Shown one piece after another: positions 12,675-26,933 of a stretch of 64,000 nt of DNA. The notes under the pieces are model-generated. The model was given only the letters and a program-made list of their open reading frames with translations. It was not told the origin of the DNA and did not search any database. Source of the DNA: Octopus vulgaris (lineage: Eukaryota); NCBI GenBank assembly GCA_951406725.2, contig OX597814.1, positions 82,708,001-82,772,000 on the forward strand, in the 5' to 3' direction. How positions within the stretch are numbered: position 1 is the first letter of the stretch; every line of letters begins with the position of its first letter. The position numbers were made by a program, and so were the translations under genes.

Positions 12675-13289
12675 TTTTTATCCTTTCGTTGAATTCCATT
12701 TATCATTAAACATTTGGTAGCATATTATCTGAAGAAGCTGTGTTTTATGAAGATCTGATCTTACATAATGTAACATGATGTTGCATATTTTTACGTGCCA
12801 AATTATATAATGTACCCACCCTTTAAATAAAATTTGTTATTGAAACATGCAAAACATCCATTTGCTTCATCCTTATTATTATAAATAACATTGCATTAAA
12901 TGTACCAATTATTCCTTTGATATATGCTTGGATTTGCAGGATACCAAATATCAGTGAACCATCTTTTCAACTCTGCATTGACCATGGATTTGAATGGTTA
13001 ATTTATCTGGAATAAACAGTCCAGCCATAACATGCAGTGTGCTTCACTGTTGATGTGCCTCGATCTAATTTAATTGACCACTTCTTTTTTTTATTATGTG
13101 TGTGCATGTATATATATAATACACACACACACACGCACGTGTGTGTGTATTATATATATATATATATATATATATCTGTCCAACCCATATCAGCCTGGAA
13201 AACAGGTGTTAAATGAAAGGTTTAGTTACATGTCTTGTGAAATTACCAATATATATATCATGTAAACTTTTTCAAATGCTCCTCTGTAG

Positions 13290-13930
13290 TCATTGAGAAC
13301 TTTGTCTAGCTAGGTGATCTAATTAGCAATAAAGATGATCTAATTAGTAATGAAGATAACTTCAGCAATGGAGGTGTCTGTTCTGAAACCGTAGCTGTTA
13401 AAATAAGAATGGAGTGGAAAAAGTTCAGGGAACTTTGCTAGCAAAAATGTTTCTTCCTCTGAGTGAAGAGTAAATTCTATGAAGCTTGTGTAAGACTGGC
13501 AGTGGGACATGGTAGTGAAACATGAGCTTTCAATGTGAAGGATCTGTGAAGACTAGAAAGAACTGAAGAGAGTATACTCTGTTGTATGTATAATGTTTGT
13601 GTGCCTCAGTGATGAAGCATATATGAGCTGAGAAAAAAACTAGATATATGAGGAATTGGATGTTGTATGTGAGAAAGAGGATTACATTGGTGTTGACATG
13701 CGATGTATATGGAAGATGTGAGTGGGATAAAGAAATACTGAGTATTCCAAGTGGATAAAATATGCGGATGAGGGAAACTAATATGACATGGGATGAAGTG
13801 GTGAAACTGATTTTGAAAGGCTGAGCTTACATGACAGAAAGAACAAAGGACTATGACCTGTGGTGAAACATTGTGCTGGAGAAAATCCACCCAACCTATA
13901 TAGCCATGGAAAAATAGGCATAAACATGAT
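13290..13930 (+). mobile_element. RTE-clade LINE 3' fragment
   Basis: Colinear similarity with 34080-34790 (ctaggtga..., aagttcag, ggtagtgaaacatg, catggaaaaataggcat tail). Confidence 0.7.
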
Positions 13931-16900
13931 TATAACAGCAATGGATTTGGGTACATATAACATCTACATTTGGATCTCTCTCTCATATGAATTCTTCATA
14001 TATTCTCCGTCTTTTCATTAATCTCTTGTCTGTCACATTCTCATCTTCAGTCTGTGTGCTTACCTATTTTCACTCTAGTTCTCTTTTTTTCTCTCTCTCT
14101 CTCTCCCATCAGTGTACAAAGTGGTGGTATGTTTGTATTCTATTCTCACTTTACTGCCATCCCTACTTTTTAATAGGCACCACTCTCTCTCCTCCTCATT
14201 ATACCTTCCTCATTTTGTATTGTTTACATGATTTTCCAAAAACCACAGAACTCATACTTATTTTCTATTGACACCCTAATTTTAATAAGACTGTATGAAA
14301 CTAAAAGTGTTTTAAAGATAAAATTTATTCATACACATAAGAAATATAATGTTATACAATCTAATAATGTTAGATCATAATATTACCTTCAAATGGTGAA
14401 TAATGAATGGTGGAAACTAAATTTTTATTTAATTATATTTGATGATCACCTTCCTTGTGGAATCTCAAAATATTGTGGTGGAACTTTGATGTTCCTCAGA
14501 ATTCACTTTTAGAAATACTGGCTTAATGAATAAGTGTATTACTAGCCTTAGTTTATGGATAAAGGTGCCTAGTTCAAATCCAGTTGGGTATATGCATATT
14601 TTCAGGAATAAAATACCTAATAATGACCATCAGAGATCAAACTGATTGAAATACTTTGTAGATTTATTCTATTTTTTTTTTAATTATGAGCTTGTAAAAG
14701 GAGGTTACTCTAACAATTATAATCTAATTAACAATTCATCTCCGACAGAACCCTTTCAATACTGACCCTTGTAATACAGCCAGATGTCAATTGTTAAAGA
14801 GTAAGGCTTGGTAACATTTCCCATACATAGATATCCTCTTATTCCTGCCCTCACTTTTAACCTAGTGGATGTGATGGCTGAAGAAAAAGAGGGCTGTACC
14901 AGCACCTATTTGATGTTCATTACAGCTGAGTAGACTACAGCAACATGAAATGAAGTGTCTCACTCAAGGACACAACACATTGCCTGATGTAAGAATTGAA
15001 CCAACAGCCTTATGATCATGATCCTCCTGTGACTACTTTTAGTTAAATGTTCATATTTATTATATTTGATAGTGCATAAGGTACACCTTTTTCACCAAAG
15101 CAATCAATATGAATCCAAAGCTTGCAAACTATGGTAGAAATGTATGAAGGAGTATAAAAAATTGTCATAAACATCAGACTGTTTGGGTGTTTGATGTTTT
15201 TGACAAGCAAATAATACTAAAATGTTTGTAAGTCAATTTACCAGTATATCTGCTGGGGTGTATTAGTGGAAAAGAATACTGTTACTCTTAGTTTAGACAT
15301 AAAGGTTCCCACTTTACTGCATGCATCAGTGGCTTAATGTAGATGTAAATATAAAATATTTTACATCTCTAAAGACGAAGTTAATACTGAAAGAATAAAT
15401 ATTATTGTGTAAAACAATAATTATTATTATTTTGATAGCCATGCCATTATAGTTTCTTTTCAGTTAGGTACCAGACCAAACATTATAGATGAGAGAGTGA
15501 AGTCAGATGAAGTCAAACACAAAGGAATGAAGTGCAAAGTCATTCATTGCCAGTGTAAAATTCACATTATAGACAGAAAACTAATTACTGTAAAACATTT
15601 AGTTCACAAAATGCAATAAAATAATTTGCTGTGAGGAAGAAGAAAAATCTAATGTTTTAAGCAGAAACCTTCATATCTTTTTGATGTAGATTTCTGCTTG
15701 AAATGTTAAATTCTCTTCATCCTCATAGCTAAATTACTTATTCCACTATGTGAACTTTTTGTATTACTATTTGTTGATGTAGGCTGTCATTAGTTCCCTC
15801 TGACACTACTTACTATTTTATTGCAAAACAATTTGGTCTGTGTGCTACTGTTTCTACTAAATCACCAGTAGATTATGAAGTTGATAATGAAAAATATTTT
15901 AATAGATGCTTTCAAGTGAACATCTATGGATATCAAATACAATTTAGCAATGTAGAACATTTGGAGATAGTCATAATGCTTAACAGACAGCCCCAGGTGT
16001 ACACTTGTGAATAACAAACATAATATAATATAAACTGCTAGAGATAATTGCTAATAAATAGACCAAGTAGGAGACTTATGAATATTACTAAAATATTGCT
16101 TAACTGTTCAAGCATGATGATTTAAAAGACATTTGGTTTCTAGCTAAAATATAAACTTAACATTAAAAACACATTTAATGTACAAATCCTTTCATTGTAT
16201 GGAAATGAATTTATACAGGAAAACAAACAATAAAACAAATATATTCATGAAGTTAAATTCCTCTATTGATTAGTGGATTCTTATTGGTGGTATATTTTCA
16301 TTGATTGATTTTCATTATTTATTATTTATTTTGTTTGGTTTTGTTTCTTGTTTGCATCTTTTTACCCTTCTGCCATAATTTTATCTGAGATCAGCGGTTG
16401 AGTGAAATATGTTTCTGAACTAAATTAACACAGTTGACTAACATTGATTTTAAATTCTGATAGCCTTACATTTCAGAGACCTATGTAAAATATCTTACTA
16501 ATTATGTATGCTCCAATGCACACACTGATCATGATATGTTCATGATTGCACATACAACAGCAGAAAATGATATTCTACAACTTGAAGTTTCTTGTTTATA
16601 AATGCAAATGCACACACGCCTTCAAATGATGTGTTAAAAATGAGCTGCAATTTTGTTTAGATAATATTTTATGATTTGGAAGCAGATAGCTATCTGACAA
16701 TAAAGCATATCATCATCTTTTTCCTTCTGTCTCTACCGACCCCACTGTCTCTCCTCTTCTTCTGTTTCCTCTTCACTTCCCCTTCCTTTCCTTACAACTA
16801 GTTTTGGCTGATAAAAATCAGATTAAGGTGTTTAATGAAGACCATGTCTGATGTAGGATAGGTGTGACATATTGGCAGACATTAGGATGTTGACAAAATA

Positions 16901-17273
16901 CCATGTAACTTCTGATTCTCTCTGATCTGAGTTCAAATACCATCAAGGGCAACTTTGCCTTTTATCTTTTCACAGTTGATAAATAAGGAACCACTCCAGA
17001 GGGGTGAATTGGTTGAGTAGTCAGAGAGTAAGATGAAATGTTTTGCAGTACTTGTTCCAGCTTTTTACATTGACTAATCTGTTAAGTATCAGATCAACAT
17101 TTATTTATGTGTTTTTCTGATGGTAAGAGTGACAAGGTAGTGTTTGTGAAACTTGGGTATAATAAATACCATGTACTTTTATTTGATAGACCTGTTGATT
17201 GTTAGTTTTGTTGCTGTTGTGTATGTCTTTTGCTGACATGTACACACACGACCCAGTTAATATATATATATAT

Positions 17274-17675
17274 GGAGTGGCTGTGTGGTAAGTAGCTTGC
17301 TTACCAACCACATATTTCCAGGTTCAGTTCCACTGCGTGGCACCTTGGGCAAGTGTCTTCTACTATAGCCTCAGGCTGTCCAAAGCCTTGTGAGTGGATT
17401 TGGTAGATGGAAAATGAAAGAAGCCCATATTATATATGTATATAAATATATATATGTGTGTGTATGTTTGTGTGTCTGTGTTCGTCCCCCCAACATTGCT
17501 TGACAACCGATGCTGGTGTGTTTATGTCCTCGTAACTTAGTGGTTCGGCAAAAGAGACCGATAGAATAAGTACTAGGCTTACGAAGAATAAGTCCTGGCG
17601 TCAGTTTTCTTGACTAAAGGCGGTGCTCCAGCATGGCTGCAGTCAAATGACTGAAACAAGTAAAAGAGTAAATGA
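17274..17675 (+). mobile_element. Full-length SINE family A inserted in (TA)n
   Basis: Complete head, internal microsatellite and tail. TA tracts on both sides. Confidence 0.9.
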
Positions 17676-17710
<35 letters not shown>

Positions 17711-19620
17711 AAGGCATATGTAATAAAATTGAATCTGAGACTATGTGACTGGGAAGCAAACTTTTTAATCATGCAGCCATGCCAACCCACAACAAAGACA
17801 AGATAATAGTTGATAGAAACAGTGACAGAAAATTTTGTTTGATCAGTTGCTTCTGTATCATTGGTCTTCTGGTTTGGCTGATAAAAGCTACTTAATACAA
17901 GTGACACTAATGTTATTTACAAATATATATTTACAAATACTAACTGCAATCTAAGATAGCATGTGTAATGTTAAATAATAGCTTCAATAGCTGTTTATCC
18001 TTGTGTAAGTATGATTAAGTATCTTTTTAAGTGTAATTAAATATCTTGTTAGTCGAATTAAGTGTTTTGTAAGTAAAATTAAGTGTCAACAAAGGTCTGA
18101 GAGCATACTGAATTTATATGAAATTCTATTGACATCAACTAGTTGAGAAATAGTAGGAGCAACTATAAGATCTAATCCTTGACTAAACAAAGATTAAAAT
18201 CTTTTTGTCTAGTGAAATCAAACTCTTTCCATCACACAGTTTGAATTTAACATGGTAAGCTATCATCACCATCATCCTCGTTTAACGTCTGCTTTTCATG
18301 CTAGTGTGTGTTGGACAATGTGACTGAGGACTGGCGAATCAGATGGCTGCACCAGGCTCAAATCTTGATCTGGCAGAGTTTCTACAGCTGGATGTTCTTC
18401 CTAATGCCAACCATCATCAATATTTCTAGACTTTCCTAGTCTCATCTTCAGGTTGGTGTGATGCTGTCATATGTTGCTACCTTTTTAAAGTAAGCAGAAC
18501 CAATGATGTTGGTGCAGACATTATCACCAGAATGTGAATTTTCACTGTTGGCTTCAAGCTAACAAAACAATAATCATTTATACAACTATCATTTAAATTA
18601 ACGAGTTGCATTCTCCTCATGGTACTTGCTAACGGCTTAGTGGACTGATTCTTTCAGAGTTCAGTTTAAGATCTTTGAGAATTGTGTATCTTTTTTAAAG
18701 AGACAGGATAATGCTGGTGATTAAATGTAGTCAACATCCAGCCAACTTGACCAGATTCAAGTCACACAATAGGAATTTTGTAGCTTATAATATAAATCAA
18801 AATAGTAGCGCATATGACTTAAAGTATAAATACTAGCTATAGTACAAAACTTATGGCATACACTTAATATATCTGTCTCAGTAAATGATACATAGTTGAT
18901 CACAGACTAGTGATGTATAAGTGGACAAAGCTTGCATAAACTGCAATAGAAATGTAATCTTTATAGAGGACATAGTTGGATATAAATTTAATCTCAGTAT
19001 TAACAACATATTTGCTTTTTTCGGTGCTTTTGAAGCTCACACAACTGAAATAAGAAGTGAATGAATATATAAGGTGCTGCAGAAACTTGCCATGTTGAAG
19101 AGAGTTGTGAGTAAATAATATCTGAAATGAATGTAATGTAGTAAATAGAATGCCTCTACCCACCATTATCGGAAAAAATGGTCATGATTACAATTTCTAA
19201 TATTGCCCTTAAACTAATCAAATGATATTTAATCTTATTTGACTCCCTGCCCCCAAGGAATTTTCATAGCTCTATTTTTAATCCCCAGAGAACATTATAT
19301 AAGCTGCCATTCCATCTTGGAAGAACCATTTTACTAAAAAAAAAAAAAAAATCAAGCAATATCTCTTTTGTGCCCCATACAGCATTAGATTTCCCTCTCA
19401 TTTATTTTGTTAGGTATCACTTACCAGATGAGAGCAGCTCTAAAACTATATATCTTGTTATAATGAGTTATGTTCAATGCATGAACAATAATTTAAAGCT
19501 CAATACATTATGCTACAAATGAATTGTGAATAGTATAGACATATTCAGCCACATCACTTGTAGTGTAAGGATGCAATATATGTACAGGACAAATTTATAA
19601 AAAAACCAAGGATGCATCTA

Positions 19621-19671
<51 letters not shown>

Positions 19672-19800
19672 ATGCGCATGTGTGTGTGTGTGTGTGTGTG
19701 TGTTCATTTGTGCATATCATACATGTACACGTGTGCATGTGTATGTATGTATGTATGTATGTATGCATGTATGTATGTTTCTATGTTTGTATGTATGTGT
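19621..19800. repeat. (TG)n/(TATG)n compound microsatellite
   Basis: Direct reading of the sequence. Confidence 0.95.
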
Positions 19801-22669
19801 GAATAAATGACTTCCTGTGTCATTGCTGGCTCTTGAACTACTTATACCTTGGAGAAAAAGTGTGATGCCATCCTGACAAAAAGTGTGATGCCGTTTCTGG
19901 ATTGCAAAGATGTGCCTACATTCTATTCCTTATCATGAGACCATAAAAGAATGTTTTCATTGGTTTTAAATTACTTCTAGCAGATCACTCTTTGAAATCA
20001 GCTGTCAGCTGCTGAGGTGCTCACTTGAAACATACCTTCCAATACCCCAAATTTTCTTCCATCTTCTCTAATTTATTGTAACCACATTCCAGTTGTACAA
20101 TGAGGTCATGGCTTGTGACACATCTTTTGGCAGGAATCAATTCATTTACTTGTTATTGAGTCATGTCAGTGATGGTCCTCCACTGTGTAGTTTATCTTCA
20201 ATGCTGGTTTTCTCTTCTTTAAATGTCTTTATCAATTTGAGCACATTGCTCTTGTCGATGGTGTCATCTCTATAAGCAACTTATAGCCTTCTGTGGTTGT
20301 CAGACGGCCTGCACTCTTCCTATGTCAAGAACTTAATGAGGTTCTGCTTGGATTCCATTATTTGTATGCTATGATGATGATGATGACAATGATTAAGAAG
20401 AAGAAGGAGAGTGGCTGTAGAATAAGCGCTACTCTATCAACATATGCAATTTGAATATGTCATTTAAAAAAAGTGTTATGTTCACTTTTACATTACTTTT
20501 GGTATAAGACTTGTATATTTATAAACTGGAATTTTTTAATGATAGCATACAGTGAGTACCAACAATGTGTTAAAAATCTATGAGGTAAACTTATGCATTA
20601 CTTTTAAAAATATTCATATATTTTAAAGACTTACTTTGTTCGTAAATAGTGCAGAAAGTGTGAAATACATAGAATTGCAAATGCCCTGAAAAAGATTTAA
20701 CATTGCAGCCAACATCTGAACTTGTTTGAACAGTTCTGGTGTTTAATGTATTATTCATTGGAATAATCTATAGACTTTAGTTCAAAAACATGATGCAAGC
20801 AATAATATGTAGCTTGAGTTTTAGAAGCTGTTCAAATAAAATGTAATCCAGTTGATCAAAGAAAGGTACTAGCTGATAAAGATTCTGTTCATGCAAAGGA
20901 CAGCATGAATATTGCATGTATGGCAGGGTGTCACATATGTAATTATAGTGAGTTGTAAAACTTCATTCAGCTGAGATCATCCAAGCAAATAATAAACAAA
21001 AGCTCCCTTTAGGTGTATTTGAAATCTGAAAACAAGATCATTTTTTTTTATCAAAGTTTTTGAACAGTAGTCAAGACAGGTTGGAGTTGTCTCCTATGCT
21101 TGTTGTTTTCAGGTTGTAAGCATTCCAGAAAAAGGGTTTTTGACAAGTAATTGCTTAGGTAGTTTCAACCTTATATTACATATGTGAGACCCTATCATAT
21201 TTGTTTCTAGCATGACAAGTTATTTTCTGTCAGCCATACAGTGAAAATTACATACATTTGAATCAGTGTATTATAGAGATATGGAACCACATCATTAGAT
21301 ACAAACAGACGATCAGAAATATACAGGAAAAAGAAGTTTAATATATTCTTCCATTTTACATTTTCTCCCATGCTTCTGGGGGAGGAAAATGCAAAACAGT
21401 TCAAGACTAAGTGGATAATACATGCAAACAGTATTACTATACATGTCAAGCAGAAACTGTTCATTTCACTTTGACTAAATAAATGCTGTGAAAGACCAAA
21501 CGGTTTTTTATTAATATTTTATTAGTTTTAAACCAGTGTTATCCATCAATAGATGTTTAATTCTGTTGACTTCAAGGAAATGAGACTTTTTAACTTTTAT
21601 GTTTTCCCAAAGAACATTAGTAATATCAGTGAATGAAATAGATACAAATATGTTAAATGCATTACTATCATTATCATGATCATCATGATTATGATCATCC
21701 TCATTTAATCTTCATGTTCCTGGCTTATGTGTGTTGGCTGGTTTGACAGGATCCAAAGGGACCTGAGAACTGCATCACAATCCAGTGTTTGCTTTGTCTT
21801 GGTTCCTACAACTGGGTGCCCTTCTTAAAACCAACTATTTTACAGTGTGTACTGGGTACTTTTTTCATGCCACCAGCATCAGTGAAGCTGTCATGCAGTT
21901 TACAGGATTACGAACCCCCAAGGATACTACTTAATGTCGGGAGATAAGAGACAAAGGATGAGTAAAAGTATGAGAGAAGGGGCCAGAGTAGAAACAGGTT
22001 TCTTGCTGTAGAGGAGCTTCATGACAACTATAACAATTCATACTTTACAAGAGAGAGTGGGACTGATTGTTAGGTACTGGAGAGTGATGAAATATGGGTG
22101 GGAATTAGATAACTGACACTGCTGGGCAGCAGACTAGTAATGATGAGATTGTAAAGAGGATACTATACAATCTAAACTCATATTTTCTTCTGCTATTTAT
22201 CATCATTTGGACAACCTTTGTCTAAAGTGTATTTGCATATCATTTGAACAAGTGTTTCAGGATTAAATGGGCTTCTTATTGCTAAGCATGCAATTATTAA
22301 ATAACAATAAAACCTAGTTTACTAGCTTTTATTCTTATTCTTAGGTAATCTGAGTTGTCTAAATGCAAAGCAATAATCAGAACATGATTAGAATTTATAT
22401 TCTTGTATTCTTTCATTGGTTTCAATCACTGGACTCTGGCCATGCTTGGATATCATCTGTAAGGTTTCAGTCGATTATATTGCTCTTAGTGCTTTGTATG
22501 CTTATCCTTTTGCCAGTCTCAGAGGTAGAAACAGGTAAACTTGACTTCGATAAAAGAATGTGGCTGCATCAAAATAGAGTACTGTGTGATATATTCTTAT
22601 TTGACACACCATTTATTCTTACCCTACTCTCTGTCAAACACACACATACACAAACACTCATACATTAAC

Positions 22670-23500
22670 TTTCTATGAAGAAAAGAAGAAAGGAAAAAAA
22701 CATTCCATGAATTTACTCCAGAGTGTAATTATTTCCATTTTTAATGAAAGGTCTTACTTCATAAAATGTTTAATTAATAATCATAAGTTATGTCATGCTG
22801 TTGATATCTAGAAAGAATGAAATATCATTATGCATGATTACCAACTACTAGTAATTTGAAGAACATCATAATAAGTAAATATATATAGGTATAATTATGT
22901 GAATTCTATGCATTTTTTTTCCTTATGATTTCTTAATTTCGATTTTAAATTTCCAATCCTGCTTCATAATGTAACAAATTGATGATATATGTTGTAATAT
23001 CTGCAACTATTAGGGAATAATCTATGTCTGTAATTTTGTGAAAATGTAATTTAAACTGTTGGCAATGATCAAGGTGTGCATGTGTTTATGATAGGTATTT
23101 GTTCCACTGCACACCTGAAGGAATGCCACTCAGAATAAAGCAGCTTGAAACGAATGTCTACATCTCAAAGAATATATCAGAAAATGTTTGTTGTTAAAAC
23201 TGAAATTATTGGCTAATAAATAATATTTTCATCAGGTAGAATTCCCTGGAAATAGTTATTGCTCTCTATGTAAACATTAAGAACTTTCTATTCTCTTGAT
23301 TCCTAATCTACTACCATTCTATGAAGAAAAGAAGAAAAAAAGACATGTTCCACAATTTTCCTCTTGACTAATTATTTCCATCTTCAATAAATTGTTTCCT
23401 TTCATAAAATGTTTAATTGATATGTGACTGGTTATGTTATGCTGATGATTTCTAAAAAGAATGAAATAATGCTATACTTGATGACCGATGACTAATGATA
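22670..23500 (+). repeat. Diverged direct repeat (about 185 bp; 22670-22857 and 23318-23500), each copy with a hammerhead-like core
   Basis: Both copies begin ttctatgaagaaaagaagaaa and contain ttcataaaatgtttaatt. Cores: CTGTTGA..GAAA at 22798 and CTGATGA..GAAA at 23442. A third motif, CTGAAG..GAAAC..GTC, lies at 23115-23158. Confidence 0.65.
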
Positions 23501-24264
23501 GTTTACTGAAATACACATACACACACATCCATATGTACTGTAGTTGACCTGAGGACATGGTTGAATTAACAGAGTCAATAGAATATTGGATAGAATACCT
23601 TGTGGTATTAGTTTTGGCTGATTGTGCTCTGAATTCAATCCCATGGAGGGAGGCTAGCTTTGCCTTTCAACCCTTATTCAATAAAACATCAAGTAAGGAT
23701 TGAGATCAAGTTCTCTTTCTGTCTTTCTCTGTTCAATGTGAAATGACTATGAAAGAAGCATTTTGGGACCACCACTTTCTGGACACAGCAAGAAGATGGT
23801 CGGCAACTGCAACTCTTGGAGTAACAGTGGGGGTGAAGAAGTGGTTCAAATTTTCTTTCTGGAGTGGAGTAACATTTATACTGGGTTATTGTTGAATGTG
23901 TGAAGGTGTGTAACCTAGTGATCATGATCATAAGATCATGGATTCAATTAGTGTACCAAATAGTGCATTGTGTCTTTTAAGCAAGGCACTTTATTTCAGG
24001 TTACCTCAGTCAATTCAGCTGTAAATGAATACCAGACAGGGCATGCTGGCACAGCTCTCTTCCTTCAGTCACATCCTTGATGTGCTGTTGCGACAAAAGT
24101 GAAGAGACTGAGAGAGGGTCTACATCTGCTCATGGCCTAAAACAATTAGTGAAAGCATCACACATGTTACCAAACTATACTCACTCATTTGTGATGACTG
24201 GCTCTGCTGTATAATTGTTGTATATGACTATATTGTCATTTCACCATTGATAGTTGTTGAGCAG

Positions 24265-24450
24265 TACATTTGTGGCTATGCTGGAGCACAGCCTTTAGTC
24301 GAACAAATCGATCCCAGGACTTATTCTTTGTAATCTTAGTACTTACTCTTTTGCTGGGCGTTAAGTTACGGGGACGTAAACACACCAACATCGATTGTCA
24401 AGCAATGGTGGGGGGACAAACACAAACACACAAACATATATACATATATG

Positions 24451-24525
<75 letters not shown>

Positions 24526-24657
24526 CTGGCTTCTTTCAGTTTCCATCTATCAAATCCACTCACAAGGTTTTAGTTGGCCTGAGGCATGCAGTGGGATTGA
24601 ACCCAGAGCCATGTGATTGGTTACCAAGCTACTTACCACACAGTCACTCCTGCTCCT
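24265..24657 (-). mobile_element. SINE family A
   Basis: Reverse complement of the family A consensus with central (TA)n. Confidence 0.85.
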
Positions 24658-25720
24658 GGAAGACCTTAAAAAATTTTTTTGAAATAATAAATAGCGTCCA
24701 TGGATCAATTCAATTCACTATGGAACTGAATGATATCTTAATAATTAAAGAGACTGAGATTATAACAACTGACCTCTATTACAAAAAAACAGACACACAC
24801 CAAAATTTGAACTTCAGATCTTGCCATCCTTCCCATACAAAAAGGAACATACCCTTTAATATGGCAAGATGAATATGTACAGTAGTTCTGGAGACAAACA
24901 GAAGAGAAAGACGACTTGCAGAGCTTAACTTGTTCCTTAAAAAATAAAAATATCCCACCAAATGATAACTAAAGCTAAAAATGTCCCAATCTCTACATTA
25001 AGAAGAAAAAACACTCACACTGAGGATAAACGGAAAAATGAACATAAAAATATCCCATTTGTTATCACTCGCAATCCCAGGAACCACAATATTCTACAAG
25101 CAACCAAACACCTTCTACCAATTCTACACCAGTCCCCATGTCTCCGACAAATAATCAAGGAACAATAAATAATCAACAGCCAAAGGCAACCACCTAATCT
25201 TAAGAAACTTCTAACCAAAGCAAGATTTGCATAAGAGAAAGAAATGATGCAAGTTACCAAATGTGGAGATCTCCTATGTGGGACATGTGATTTAATAGAA
25301 CAGGGACCAGCCAAAAAATTCAAGAATGGAAAAGAATTAAAGGTGAATGCAAATATGAACTGTAAAAGCAAAAACCTGATATATTGGATCACATGCCCAC
25401 AATGCAATGAACATTATATTAGGGAAGCAAAAACAAAGCGAATCAACTGGGTAAATGTGCACAGACATCAAATAAAACATCCTGCACTTAGATGCATACC
25501 ATGTAACGATCATTTGGACACCTGTGCACAAGGAAAATTTACAATTTTCCTTCTTCATAAAATAAATGAAGAGAATGACCTTCTCTGGAAGGCAAAAGAA
25601 GAATATTTCATAAGATTTCTGAGTCCAAAACTAAACCAGAAATAGTCAACATCAGTTTTACTGAAAACAACTTTCACGATCACATCTATAAAAGCAAAAG
25701 CCATACACATTTTGTGAAAT
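24658..25720 (+). mobile_element. 5'-truncated decayed Penelope-like element (RT thumb and GIY-YIG)
   Basis: IQFTME..DILI..TDLYYKKTDTHQNLNFRSCHPSHTKRNIPFNMAR. ORF 25244-25645 has CGDLLCGTC, NLIYWITCPQCNEHYI and the terminal EEYFIRFLSPKLN. Stops and frameshifts present. Confidence 0.9.
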
Positions 25721-25805
25721 CTCTTCCCAAAGGTTGGTGTGTGTTTTGACTTTCTAAAAAAGTTCTTTTCTCAATCTTAAATCTTTGAGAAAAAACTCTC
25801 CAAAT

Positions 25806-25844
<39 letters not shown>

Positions 25845-25849
25845 CATAT

Positions 25850-26235
25850 CAGCATGGCTGTGTAATAAGTAGCTTGCTTACCAGTCCCTTTGTGTGGCAC
25901 CTTGGGCAAGTGTCTTCTACTATGGTCTTGGGCTGGCCAAAGCCTTGTGAGTGGATTTGGTAGACAGAAACTGAAAAGGCCCATCATGTATATACATACA
26001 TATATGTGTTTGTGTGTGTGTGTGTGTGTATGTGTGTATGTTTGTGCATCTGTACTTGCACCCCCCCACCATTGCTTGACAACCGATGTTAGTGTGTTTA
26101 CATCCTTGTAACTTAGCAGTTCGGCAAAAGAGATTGATTGAAAAAGAATAAGTCCTGGGTTCGATTTGTTTGATTAAAGGCAGTGCACCAGTATGGCTGC
26201 AATCAAATGACTGAATCAAATAAAAGAATAAAAGA
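25850..26235 (+). mobile_element. SINE family A
   Basis: Family A head, body and aaaagaat tail. Confidence 0.85.
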
Positions 26236-26720
26236 AAAGAATATATTATATATTATATATATATTATATTTTATATGTGTATAAGTATATATATATATAT
26301 TTGTGTATGTGTGTGTATATATAAATTTTCTTTGAGTTTTATCTCAATTCCTATGACGTATGTATTTATGCATATATGTATGTAAATATATATATATGTG
26401 TATGTGTGTATGTGAGTAAATATATAATGTATTTGTTTATATAGAATTATATGTATATATATATGTGTGTGTATGTGTATATGTGTGTGTGAGTGTGTGC
26501 ATGTGTCTCATCTTTGAGAACTAGTGATAGTTTGTTTACAGCCCTGTAACTGCAGTTTAGTAAAAGTGACTGATGTACCAGACTTTAAAAAAATTAACTA
26601 CTGGGGTCGATATAATTGACAAAACCCTTCAAGGCAGTGCTCATGCATGGCTGCAGCCCAATACTGGAAGCAACTCAAAAATAAAAGATGTAGAATTTTG
26701 GTTGGATATGGCTGGTTTAA

Positions 26721-26933
26721 CACTTTAGCATTTAAACTGACCATATCCAGCCAAAATAATTCACCTCTTTTAGCTTCAAACTGGTCTCTCACACTTACTC
26801 TACAATATTGTTCTAAAAATAAAAAAATATCACATCATTGAAATCTCAAGGCTACATGGTAAAACATAACAAATTCATATCAATGTGAATGAATAAGCAT
26901 TACATTTGACAGAGAAACCTGAATGATGAAGGG
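26721..26933. mobile_element. piggyBac-like MITE
   Basis: TTAA on both sides (26717-20 and 26934-37). Ends cactttagcatt / gaatgatgaaggg. An opposite-orientation copy lies at 51443-51651. Confidence 0.7.

Noticed and set aside
14615-14665. HHR-like taatga..atcag/ctgat..gaaatac
   Set aside because: The core is too degenerate and stem I is absent.
18450-18489. Possible micro-exon VGVMLSYVATFL between cag and gtaagc, resembling an ABCC TM segment
   Set aside because: Very short, no supporting neighbouring exons, and such splice-like pairs arise by chance. It needs RNA-seq support.
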